Shown piece by piece: positions 52,067 through 60,608 of a stretch of 64,000 nt of DNA. How positions within the stretch are numbered: the stretch's first letter is position 1; each line of letters begins with the position of its first letter. Source of the stretch: Sedimentisphaerales bacterium (GTDB lineage Bacteria > Planctomycetota > Phycisphaerae > Sedimentisphaerales > SM23-30); NCBI GenBank assembly GCA_963666285.1, contig OY762711.1. One strand, given 5' to 3'. A program made the translations under genes and the position numbers. The notes under the pieces are model-generated. The model did no database searches. It worked only from the letters and a program-made list of their open reading frames with translations, and was not told the DNA's origin.

Positions 52067-52720
52067 TTATCTTTTTCTTCTTTTAATTATCCCTATTGCA
52101 CCACAACCAAACAATGTTAACGATAGAGGTTCAGGAACAACGTCCACAGAAGATATTTCTACAAAAATATTAAAATCAGGCGCTTCGTTACTCTGATAAT
52201 CTTTGCCAATAATAGTTAATACATTTGAACTGTAATCGTCTAATGAAACTGGCCTTAACCCTAAACTTGTGTTTCCAGAGATTAAATTGCTTAAACGCCA
52301 ATTGAAGTCAACAATGGGGGCAAGAGAAGCATCATTTGATATATTATTCTCACTTGTAATAATATACCCGCCTTCATAAATTGTATCGTTTTCAATAAAT
52401 ATCGAAACTGATACATTTGTTGGATCAGTTTGAAATATTAAAGACTCATTATCATTATTGGGATTTTTAATTTCAACATACAAAGAACTTGGCAATGAAT
52501 CAAATTGGTACTCCTTTGCATCACCATAATCTATAAAAGAAAAATCGTTAGTATCATATTGATAGTACCCTTCAATAACTGAGCCGTTTGTAACATAATC
52601 CGGTAAAGCTCCTTCAAAACCAGAGCCAGTTATAACTCCTTCAAATTCAACCTTAACAAGTGACGCACTAAGATTTCCAACAATACATAAAAAACCGATA
52701 AAAAATGTTATCTTTTTCAT
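52067..52720 (-). CDS. PEP-CTERM protein (copy C); true start 52720, not 52777
   Basis: Same RBS and MKKITFF start as paralogs; VPEPL-TM-KRRKR. Confidence 0.9.
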   Translation of the reverse strand: MKKITFFIGFLCIVGNLSASLVKVEFEGVITGSGFEGALPDYVTNGSVIEGYYQYDTNDFSFIDYGDAKEYQFDSLPSSLYVEIKNPNNDNESLIFQTDPTNVSVSIFIENDTIYEGGYIITSENNISNDASLAPIVDFNWRLSNLISGNTSLGLRPVSLDDYSSNVLTIIGKDYQSNEAPDFNIFVEISSVDVVPEPLSLTLFGCGAIGIIKRRKR

Positions 52721-52739
52721 AATATAATTCCTTTTAAAA

Positions 52740-53387
52740 TTATCTTTTTCTGCTTTTGATAATCCCGATGGTTCCAATTACTACCATTGATATAATAGAA
52801 GGTTCTGGCACAACTGTTGTTTTTGTTACCACTCCTCCAAAATTGAAATCAACCAATTCATTATTGTAATCTTTTGCATCAATAAAAATATACCCCATTT
52901 CATACTCATCTAATAAAGCTGGTCGTAAACCAAAGCTACTATTATCTGAATTATAAAATGACAAATCAAAAACAACAACAGGTGATAATAAATCATTATT
53001 ACTGGCAATATTGTTACTTCTAATAACATATTGTCCTCCATCAACATTTGATATCGTTATAGAGTAACCCTCATCCGCTGTAGTTGACTGAAATGAAAGG
53101 TAATCATTTGAGTTATTGGGATTAATTATTTCCACATAAATAGCACTTGGTTCGTAATTGTAGTTATAGGTAATTCCATTGCTGTACGTAACAATATTAT
53201 CAGGATTGATGTCATTGTCATAGACATAATACCCGGTATAAGTCGCACCAACTGTTAGGTATGATGGCAATAAATCAGAAGAAGAACCAACACTATCAAT
53301 AACTCCTTCAAATTCAACCTTAACAAGTGACGCACTAAGATTTCCAACAATACATAAAAAACCGATAAAAAATGTTATCTTTTTCAT
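52740..53387 (-). CDS. PEP-CTERM protein (copy B)
   Basis: Signal peptide; VPEPS-TM-KSRKR. Confidence 0.9.
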   Translation of the reverse strand: MKKITFFIGFLCIVGNLSASLVKVEFEGVIDSVGSSSDLLPSYLTVGATYTGYYVYDNDINPDNIVTYSNGITYNYNYEPSAIYVEIINPNNSNDYLSFQSTTADEGYSITISNVDGGQYVIRSNNIASNNDLLSPVVVFDLSFYNSDNSSFGLRPALLDEYEMGYIFIDAKDYNNELVDFNFGGVVTKTTVVPEPSIISMVVIGTIGIIKSRKR

Positions 53388-53406
53388 AATATAATTCCTT
53401 TTAAAA

Positions 53407-54036
53407 TTATCTTTTTCTTCTTTTAATTATCCCGATGGTTCCAATTACTACCATTGATATAATAGAAGGTTCTGGCACAATACTAGTAATATTTGCTGAA
53501 ATTTGAAAATATGATGAATACTCTTTACCGTAAAGATAAAGATTGTTTCCTTGATAGTTTTCTAAATCAGGAATAAACAGTTCTGTATTGTCTGCTGGTT
53601 CTATAGCACTCCATAGTTTCAAACTGAAATCAAATAGTGTAGGTAATGAAAAATCGTCACAGGCCCACGTATTACTGCCAGCTGTAAAAGTTCCAGATGG
53701 ACCAATTATTATCCTGAAATCTACATTTGAAGGGTCACTTTCAATTAAAACATAATCATTTTCATCGTTTGGATTAATGAATTTAACTGCCATACCATAT
53801 GGAGCACTATCATACTGGTAAATTGCGTTATTAGTATTAGGGTTTATTATTGGAGAAACATCAGAATCATATACATAACACCCTTCTATTATAGCCCCCT
53901 CGGCAACATAGTCTGGAAAAGGAGAATTTAGGTCATTGATGTGAGTGATCTCAGCTTCAAACTCAACTGTAATAATTCCGGCATTCACAAAACTTGTTAA
54001 AATCAAAATATTTAGAAGTAAAAATATCCTTTTCAT
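53407..54036 (-). CDS. PEP-CTERM protein (copy A, first transcribed, distinct signal peptide)
   Basis: Signal peptide; VPEPS-TM-KRRKR. Confidence 0.9.
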   Translation of the reverse strand: MKRIFLLLNILILTSFVNAGIITVEFEAEITHINDLNSPFPDYVAEGAIIEGCYVYDSDVSPIINPNTNNAIYQYDSAPYGMAVKFINPNDENDYVLIESDPSNVDFRIIIGPSGTFTAGSNTWACDDFSLPTLFDFSLKLWSAIEPADNTELFIPDLENYQGNNLYLYGKEYSSYFQISANITSIVPEPSIISMVVIGTIGIIKRRKR

Positions 54037-54420
54037 AACAAATAAACCCTTCTGGTTTTTTAACCATAATATAATTATAAGTTCCCTACGTTAACATTAG
54101 TTTTGATGAAATCAGGCCGAAAAACAAAACGCTTAACATACTATTATAATTTACCAATTTAAGAAGTCTTATACAAGAACAAAGTTGATGATATATTGCC
54201 GGTTTTAATGCTATTTAGCACATTAAACTTCCACACGGTTATTGTTGTCAAGCAACCTAATGACCAATTCAAAAGTGATTTGCACGTCTGTATATGTGTA
54301 AAGAAAGAATGAGTTCTCATTATTTGTACTAAAATTTCGTTTTTTCGGGAAAAAACCGCTTCTTTTTCATATTATTAAGTATAAACACAGACTATAGAAT
54401 TGTTTTTTCAAGGAGCCAAA

Positions 54421-56832
54421 ATGCAGAAAAATCCATTATTGCCCGTTCGCATATTTACTGCCTTACTAATCATCCTGTTAGCCTTTGTATCTACGGCACT
54501 TACAGCGATACCGCTTCCGCCGGAACCAAACCCCATCGGCCAGGACCAGCCCGAATTCAGCTCTGTCGACGGCATGTTCACTTTCGACGGCAAGCCCGCG
54601 GTCATTATCTCCGGTTCGGTACATTACCCGCGTGTACCGCGTGATTATTGGGCCGATCGAATCCAGAAGGCAAAGGCCATGGGTTTCAACTGCATTGCAA
54701 CTTACCTGTTCTGGAACGCTCACGAGCCGCAGACCGGCAAGTTTGATTTCTCCGGCAATCTCGATGTGGCCGAGTTTGCCCGCGAATGCCAGCGGCAGGG
54801 CATGTGGCTTATCGTAAGGCCCGGACCGTATATCTGCTCGGAATGGGATTTCGGCGGACTGCCCGCCTGGCTGCTAAAAGATCCGGATATCAATATTCGT
54901 TCTAACGATCCGAAATTCCTCGATATTACCGCTCGTTATATCAGCGAAGTTGGCAAACAGCTCAAAGACCTGCAGATCAACCACGGCGGACCGATCATCC
55001 AGGTTCAGGTCGAAAACGAATATGGCCAGTTCGGCAGACCGGATAATGCCGAAGATTCTGCCTATAACTATGCTATCTACCAACAGCTAAAAGATTCTGG
55101 ATTCGATACGATGTTCATCCGATGTGACTGGGCGGTTAAACGTACTATTCGCACAGCTTATATTGATGGCGTATATACCACTATGAACTTTGGCGGTGGT
55201 GCACGAGATGCATTTAAATTCTTTGAACAGGAATATCCCGGTCAGCCGAAGATGAGCGGCGAGTTCTGGGTCGGCTGGTTTGACCATTGGGGTGCCAGGC
55301 ACAATACCAGGCCGCTTGAACCTTTCATCAAGCAGGTTGACTGGATGCTCAGCGAAAATATTTCTTTCAATATCTATATGCTGCACGGCGGCACAAACTT
55401 CGGGTTCTCATCCGGTGCCAACTGGTCCGGCCAGTATAGTGCCGATACTACCAGCTACGATTATGATTCGCCGATGGATGAAACCGGCAAGATCAATCAG
55501 AAATTCTTTATGTTCCGTGATACAATCAAAAAGTATCTGCCCGCGGGCCATATTCTGCCCGAACCGCCTGCCCAGGTCAAAAAGATTGATATCCACGAGT
55601 TCACGCTCACCCAAACCGCCGGCTTCGACCAGCTACGCAGGAAACCGTATAAATCTGATAAGCCGACATATCTGGAGGCTATCGATCAGCTCCAGGGACT
55701 GGCTATTTACAGTACAACCGTTGATATGCCGGAAGCCGGTAATTATTTCATAAATTTCGAGCGGCTCAATGATCGGGCTATCATTATTGCTAACGGCAAA
55801 CGCATTGCTACCCTTGACCGCCGCATGAAACAGACTCGCACCCGCATTAAACTTCCAGCCGGTAAAGTCAAGCTTGATATCCTGCTCGAGAATATGGGCC
55901 ATCTCAACTACTCGCGTGAGATGATGCGCGACCGCAAAGGTATTGATGGTGTCACTCTTGACGGCAAAGAGCTTACCGGCTGGCAGATATATAGTTTCCC
56001 GCTCACTTTGGATGATATTGCGGGGCTGAACTTCAACCTGAAAAAAATGCCTGACCCGGCACTGCCGGTTTTCTATCGTGGCGAATTCGCTGTCAATGAA
56101 ATCGGTGATACTATGCTCGATATGACAGGCTGGGGCAAAGGTATGGTCTGGGTCAACGGCATAAACCTTGGCAGATTCTGGGATATTGGCCCGCAATATA
56201 CATTATATATGCCCGGTTGCTGGCTCAGGCAGGGCAAAAACGAAATTGTCGTGATGGATATCGAGCCGACCGGCCATAATACCATTCGCGGCGTGAAAGA
56301 ACATATATGGGGGCTGAAAATCGACAGCAATCTCAAGCGTCATCGCAAGCAGGGCGAAACTATACGGCTTAGCCCTGATGATATTATCGCATCCGGCAGC
56401 TTTACTCCCGGCGATAGCATCCAGGAAGTTAGCTTTGCCAAACCCGTCAAAGCCCGTTATCTCTGTATTGAGTCGCTCAACTCTCTTAGCGGTGATAACT
56501 ACGCCAGTATCGCTGAGATTTACCTGATCAATGCCAAAGGTCAGCGTATCGATCGCAATAGCTGGTCGGTTATCTATGCCGATAGTGAAGAGCTGGTCGG
56601 CGAACCGGCCGGGGCCGACAATATTATTGATGAACAGCCCGTGACCATCTGGCATTCACAATGGCAGGATGGTAAACCAAACCATCCGCACCAGATAGTT
56701 CTCGATCTGGGCAAAATAACCGAATTCTCCGCTTTGCATTATCTGCCCAGAAATGGCAGTGCCCCCGGCAAAATCAAGGACTATAATATATATGGCAGCA
56801 ACAAGCTGTTCAGCGGTTTGAAAGTTGATTAG
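54421..56832 (+). CDS. GH35 beta-galactosidase with C-terminal F5/8-type C (CBM32-like) region
   Basis: AGGAG RBS; SGSVHYPR, RPGPYICSEW, QVENEYG, EFWVGWFDHWG, YMLHGGTNFG, TSYDYD. Confidence 0.93.
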   Translation: MQKNPLLPVRIFTALLIILLAFVSTALTAIPLPPEPNPIGQDQPEFSSVDGMFTFDGKPAVIISGSVHYPRVPRDYWADRIQKAKAMGFNCIATYLFWNAHEPQTGKFDFSGNLDVAEFARECQRQGMWLIVRPGPYICSEWDFGGLPAWLLKDPDINIRSNDPKFLDITARYISEVGKQLKDLQINHGGPIIQVQVENEYGQFGRPDNAEDSAYNYAIYQQLKDSGFDTMFIRCDWAVKRTIRTAYIDGVYTTMNFGGGARDAFKFFEQEYPGQPKMSGEFWVGWFDHWGARHNTRPLEPFIKQVDWMLSENISFNIYMLHGGTNFGFSSGANWSGQYSADTTSYDYDSPMDETGKINQKFFMFRDTIKKYLPAGHILPEPPAQVKKIDIHEFTLTQTAGFDQLRRKPYKSDKPTYLEAIDQLQGLAIYSTTVDMPEAGNYFINFERLNDRAIIIANGKRIATLDRRMKQTRTRIKLPAGKVKLDILLENMGHLNYSREMMRDRKGIDGVTLDGKELTGWQIYSFPLTLDDIAGLNFNLKKMPDPALPVFYRGEFAVNEIGDTMLDMTGWGKGMVWVNGINLGRFWDIGPQYTLYMPGCWLRQGKNEIVVMDIEPTGHNTIRGVKEHIWGLKIDSNLKRHRKQGETIRLSPDDIIASGSFTPGDSIQEVSFAKPVKARYLCIESLNSLSGDNYASIAEIYLINAKGQRIDRNSWSVIYADSEELVGEPAGADNIIDEQPVTIWHSQWQDGKPNHPHQIVLDLGKITEFSALHYLPRNGSAPGKIKDYNIYGSNKLFSGLKVD

Positions 56833-56861
56833 ATATGTAATGTGAAATAATGTTGCTTTCC

Positions 56862-56897
56862 CAGGCTCCCTTCGCTTCGGCAGGGGAGCCTTTTTTG
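56862..56897 (+). terminator. Intrinsic terminator
   Basis: AGGCTCCC...GGGAGCCT followed by T-run. Confidence 0.8.
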
Positions 56898-57107
56898 ATA
56901 TTATTTATAGATTTATCTCTGGATTATACTGATCTCAAATATTGCTAAAATGTAAACAGGTTTATGGGATAGGTATATTTTGTTCTGGTTAAAAAGTTCA
57001 ACTTGAAATATACCTAAACATCTATTACTATTCAATTAGTAGTATTATAATTTTATTATACTGTTGTACTGGAATATTAATTGAAAACAGTTGGTTAGGA
57101 CATATTG

Positions 57108-57617
57108 ATGATTAATGTGAATTTTAAAGTAGGAGATATTATTGAAGAAGTTACAGATGGTCTTGTTTGTTCCGGAAATGTTCAGTTGAATATGTCTGGA
57201 GGGATTAATGGTGAGTTACTTCTTCGAGGTGGGAATAATATGCAAGTACAACTTCATCAAAAGCTCAAAGATCTTTCTAAGAATTTCGTTGAGCCAGGGT
57301 TTGCTATGCGGATTGGGCCTGAACCATTTCATTTTAAAACTATTGTATATACTGTTGCTATTGATGGTTTTTATGATTCTTCGGTTGAACTTGTCGAGAA
57401 AGCTTTAATAAATGCTTTGTCTATAATTGAACAGGATTGTTGTTCAACTGTTAGCATTCCTGCTCTTGCAACAGGATATGGACCATTGTCGTATCAGGAT
57501 TTTGGAATTGCATTAAAAAGATGTCTTGAAGTAAAAAATTGGAACTTTACTGAAATTAAAGTTGTTTTGAAAGATCAAAGCGTAATGGAAGAAGTCAGGC
57601 AGGGGTATAAATCATAG
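57108..57617 (+). CDS. Macro-domain protein (AT-rich)
   Basis: GDI...DGLVCSGN..L.MSGGING; TVSIPALATGYG. Confidence 0.8.
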   Translation: MINVNFKVGDIIEEVTDGLVCSGNVQLNMSGGINGELLLRGGNNMQVQLHQKLKDLSKNFVEPGFAMRIGPEPFHFKTIVYTVAIDGFYDSSVELVEKALINALSIIEQDCCSTVSIPALATGYGPLSYQDFGIALKRCLEVKNWNFTEIKVVLKDQSVMEEVRQGYKS

Positions 57618-58043
57618 TGTTGTATTTGGCATAATCTCCATTGTCAGGCAATAGTCTCTGTATCCAACTGCCCGCCAGAATTCAACTGCTGCGGTATTAG
57701 CTGTGAGTACTTCAACGACCATGCGTTTGTTGCCGGACCATATCTCTTTTCGCAGTATATCTATAGCTTTCCGGCCAATGCCTTTCCTGCGATTATCTCT
57801 GCATACGTATAAATGACGCAGGTATATCTCTGTTGGATTCTCCCGAAATAGTGCATAGGCAACCGGCTTTCCTTCGACATAAAACAAAACCGCACGATAC
57901 ATCTTCGACCGCAGCCAGCCTCCCATTCTTTCCCGCAGTTGCCGCACGGTCATCTTATTGCGATGGCCTTCATCCTGGATCAATTGATGATTCCACTCTC
58001 CCAGCAGATCAAAATCTATTTTATCAGCAAATTTATATTCCAT
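57612..58043 (-). CDS. GNAT acetyltransferase
   Basis: LYV...RRKGIG; N.AA..FW...GY. Confidence 0.85.
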   Translation of the reverse strand: MEYKFADKIDFDLLGEWNHQLIQDEGHRNKMTVRQLRERMGGWLRSKMYRAVLFYVEGKPVAYALFRENPTEIYLRHLYVCRDNRRKGIGRKAIDILRKEIWSGNKRMVVEVLTANTAAVEFWRAVGYRDYCLTMEIMPNTTL

Positions 58044-58122
58044 ATACGAGTTGGATAATATGATATCAGGATATTGTCAGTACAAAAAACTCCTTGCTTC
58101 TCGCTTCTTTCTTCTCGCTTTT

Positions 58123-59049
58123 TTATTCTACCGCTCGTGAACGTATCTTATTGCGGTATTGCTTCGGTGTACATTTGAACTTTTTCTTGAATAGTCGATG
58201 GAAGAAATACACATTACCATAGCCGACCCTGCGGGATATCTCGTTACAGTTTAGCTCTGTCGAACGCAATAGTACCTGTGCTGCCTGCAAACGCAACGTC
58301 TGCTGGTACGATACCGGGGTTACCCCGTATACTTCCTTAAAGATACGGAACAAATAGCCCTTTGAAACACAGCACTGCTTGGCGAGCTGTTCGGTGGTAA
58401 TGTGCTGGTTATAATTTTTCTCGATATATTCTTTAACGCGTACCGCTCGCTGGTCAAAGTTCGCTTCCTGTTCTGCATCAACGCATTGTGCCGAACTGGT
58501 AACTATATTCTCAAATATCTTTGCCATACGAAGCTGCACGTAAAACATTGATAAGGGGCGAATATTCTCCAGGTAATCTGTTATGTCAACTATTGCCATA
58601 TACACGGCCTGGGCGGCTTCTTTAGACAGTTGCAGCTGGTGTTCGATTTCGATTTCAACTCCGGTAAACGCTCCCAGCAGCTTATTAAACGGTTGGACAA
58701 ATGAAGTACCGTCTTTGCTTTCCATCGCAAAAGTTATTTCTGAATATACCGAGTTGCCGCGATGTGTTACCAGGTCATGTTTCTGGCCCGGGGAGATAAT
58801 TACCAGTGAATTTTCAGGCGCATCAAAAGTCTTTCCCTCAAGGGAATAGCCGCCTTGCTTTGTATATAAGTTCAGGTGGTATAAATCGTGGGCATGCTCT
58901 TTAAATGTGAATGTTTCCCCATATGCCCGGTCCTGGTTGATCGCAGTATGAAGAATCATAGGCGAATATGTCTTATTATCCTGAGCTACAGTAAGAACCT
59001 GTGGCCCGGTATGCTCTTTTTTTATTTGTACATAGCGGAACATATTCAT
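58123..59049 (-). CDS. AraC-family transcriptional regulator (start uncertain)
   Basis: Cupin H.HD.YH; C-terminal double HTH GY.N..FF.R.FKK...TP..YR. Confidence 0.9.
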   Translation of the reverse strand: MNMFRYVQIKKEHTGPQVLTVAQDNKTYSPMILHTAINQDRAYGETFTFKEHAHDLYHLNLYTKQGGYSLEGKTFDAPENSLVIISPGQKHDLVTHRGNSVYSEITFAMESKDGTSFVQPFNKLLGAFTGVEIEIEHQLQLSKEAAQAVYMAIVDITDYLENIRPLSMFYVQLRMAKIFENIVTSSAQCVDAEQEANFDQRAVRVKEYIEKNYNQHITTEQLAKQCCVSKGYLFRIFKEVYGVTPVSYQQTLRLQAAQVLLRSTELNCNEISRRVGYGNVYFFHRLFKKKFKCTPKQYRNKIRSRAVE

Positions 59050-59299
59050 AAAATTGACATTCTAAGGCTTAATAAAGTTTGAAATTCGTATCTCCTACAA
59101 CAGTACTATTGTACAACTATGGTATGTGGTAAAAAAGAAAAATTTTGAAAAATTTACTAATACTAATGTTAATAGTGTTAAAATAAAGGAGTTATGAGCT
59201 TTGTTTGTTAACTTTTGCACTATAGTGTTTTGATTGTTTGTGGAGTATTTGTGATTATACTGTAATAACTTATGGAATTATTTCTAATTGGAGTGACAT

Positions 59300-60151
59300 A
59301 TGAAAAAGAATGTATTGCTGTTTTTTGTATTTTTCTCGTTTTTTGCTGCTGCTCAGCTTGTTTTTGCCGCTGATAACCAGCAGGTTAGCTACAAAATCGA
59401 TAGCAACTTGCTATACAGGTCTCAGGAAGTGGCCGAAAAAGATGACTATATCAAGCAACGATGTCGGCTGGATGTGTATTATCCGGAAAATCGCAAGGGG
59501 TTCGCTACTGTAGTCTGGTTCCATGGCGGCGGGCTCGAAGGCGGCGAACGCTTTATCCCGGAAGAGTTCAAGAACAGGGGGATTGCTGTTGTACCTGTAA
59601 ACTACCGGCTCAGCCCAAAAGTTTCCAGTCCGGCATTTATCGATGATGCCGCAGCTGCTACCGCATGGGTGTTCAAGAATATTGAAAAATATGGCGGTAA
59701 TCCGGATCTTATTTTTGTATCCGGCCATTCTGCAGGTGGTTACCTCACTAGTATGATAGGCATGGATAAGCACTGGCTGGCTCAATATGATGTTGATGCC
59801 GATAAAATTGCTGGACTTATACCTTTCAGTGGGCATACCATTACGCATTTCACTATCCGCAAAGAACGGGGAATCCCGGGTACCCAGCCGATTATCGACC
59901 AGTTTGCTCCGCTATACCATGTCAGGGACAATGCTCCGCCACTTGCTCTAATTACCGGTGACCGTGAGCTGGAAATGTTGGGCCGATATGAGGAAAATGC
60001 CTATATGTACAGGATGATGAAAGTCGTTGGCCATAAAAATACCACTATTTATGAATTAGATGGCTTTGACCATGGCGGCATGATGAGCCCGGCATGTTCC
60101 ATTGCGCTTAGATTTATCGATAGAATAGTTCAAAACGCAAAAAATAATTGA
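59300..60151 (+). CDS. Secreted alpha/beta hydrolase (HSL-like esterase)
   Basis: HGGG, GHSAG, DHG; signal peptide. Confidence 0.88.
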   Translation: MKKNVLLFFVFFSFFAAAQLVFAADNQQVSYKIDSNLLYRSQEVAEKDDYIKQRCRLDVYYPENRKGFATVVWFHGGGLEGGERFIPEEFKNRGIAVVPVNYRLSPKVSSPAFIDDAAAATAWVFKNIEKYGGNPDLIFVSGHSAGGYLTSMIGMDKHWLAQYDVDADKIAGLIPFSGHTITHFTIRKERGIPGTQPIIDQFAPLYHVRDNAPPLALITGDRELEMLGRYEENAYMYRMMKVVGHKNTTIYELDGFDHGGMMSPACSIALRFIDRIVQNAKNN

Positions 60152-60175
60152 CAAAATCCCTTTTTTTGCTATAAT
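60148..60175 (+). promoter_or_regulatory. Sigma70-type promoter
   Basis: TTGACA-N16-TATAAT with TG extended -10. Confidence 0.7.
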
Positions 60176-60232
60176 ATCCGATCTTTAGTTGTAAGTGAAT
60201 TTGTAAATATTTATATACAGGAGATTTAGGAC

Positions 60233-60466
60233 ATGGGCCAGAGACGCGACAGATTCGACGCCAGGTTGGCAAACCAGATTTCTACCAGGCGTGAAAATTC
60301 TCTGAAAAAAGATAATGAGCGTATCCGTAAAACTGAACTTAACACCAAGTTGATCAAGGAAGGTGCTTTTCCATACACTCCTGCTTTGATGAGCTGGCTT
60401 AGTGCTGAGATGGGCAAAAAAGCATCTCAGATTACAGAAGCTGATGTAAAAGCTTTTGTTAGCTAA
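60233..60466 (+). CDS. Small basic hypothetical protein (77 aa)
   Basis: Own promoter, AGGA RBS and terminator. Confidence 0.8.
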   Translation: MGQRRDRFDARLANQISTRRENSLKKDNERIRKTELNTKLIKEGAFPYTPALMSWLSAEMGKKASQITEADVKAFVS

Positions 60467-60500
60467 TTTATTGCTCTATCACAAATATATGTTTATCATT

Positions 60501-60537
60501 AAAGCCAGACAGCGCAAGTTCGTCTGGCTTTTTTTTC
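60501..60537 (+). terminator. Intrinsic terminator
   Basis: AAAGCCAGAC...GTCTGGCTTT followed by T-run. Confidence 0.85.
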
Positions 60538-60608
60538 TGAAAATATGATTTTGTTGATAAATCTTATCTGGAGAGATATTCTGTCTTGGGCAGAATATCA
60601 GTTTTGTT

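Larger units (their letters stand above)
51959..53418. repeat. Three identical 120-bp junction repeats (51959-52078, 52632-52751, 53299-53418)
   Basis: Each covers the last codons and stop of one gene, a 19-bp spacer with RBS, and the first ~30 codons of the next. Confidence 0.92.

Noticed and set aside
52721..52777. N-terminal extension MEPSGLSK... of PEP-CTERM copy C
   Set aside because: Overlaps the upstream paralog; the shared RBS and ATG at 52720 define the real start.
51406..54036. Diversity-generating retroelement
   Set aside because: No reverse transcriptase or TR/VR pair seen; divergence is spread over the core, includes indels and is not obviously adenine-specific.
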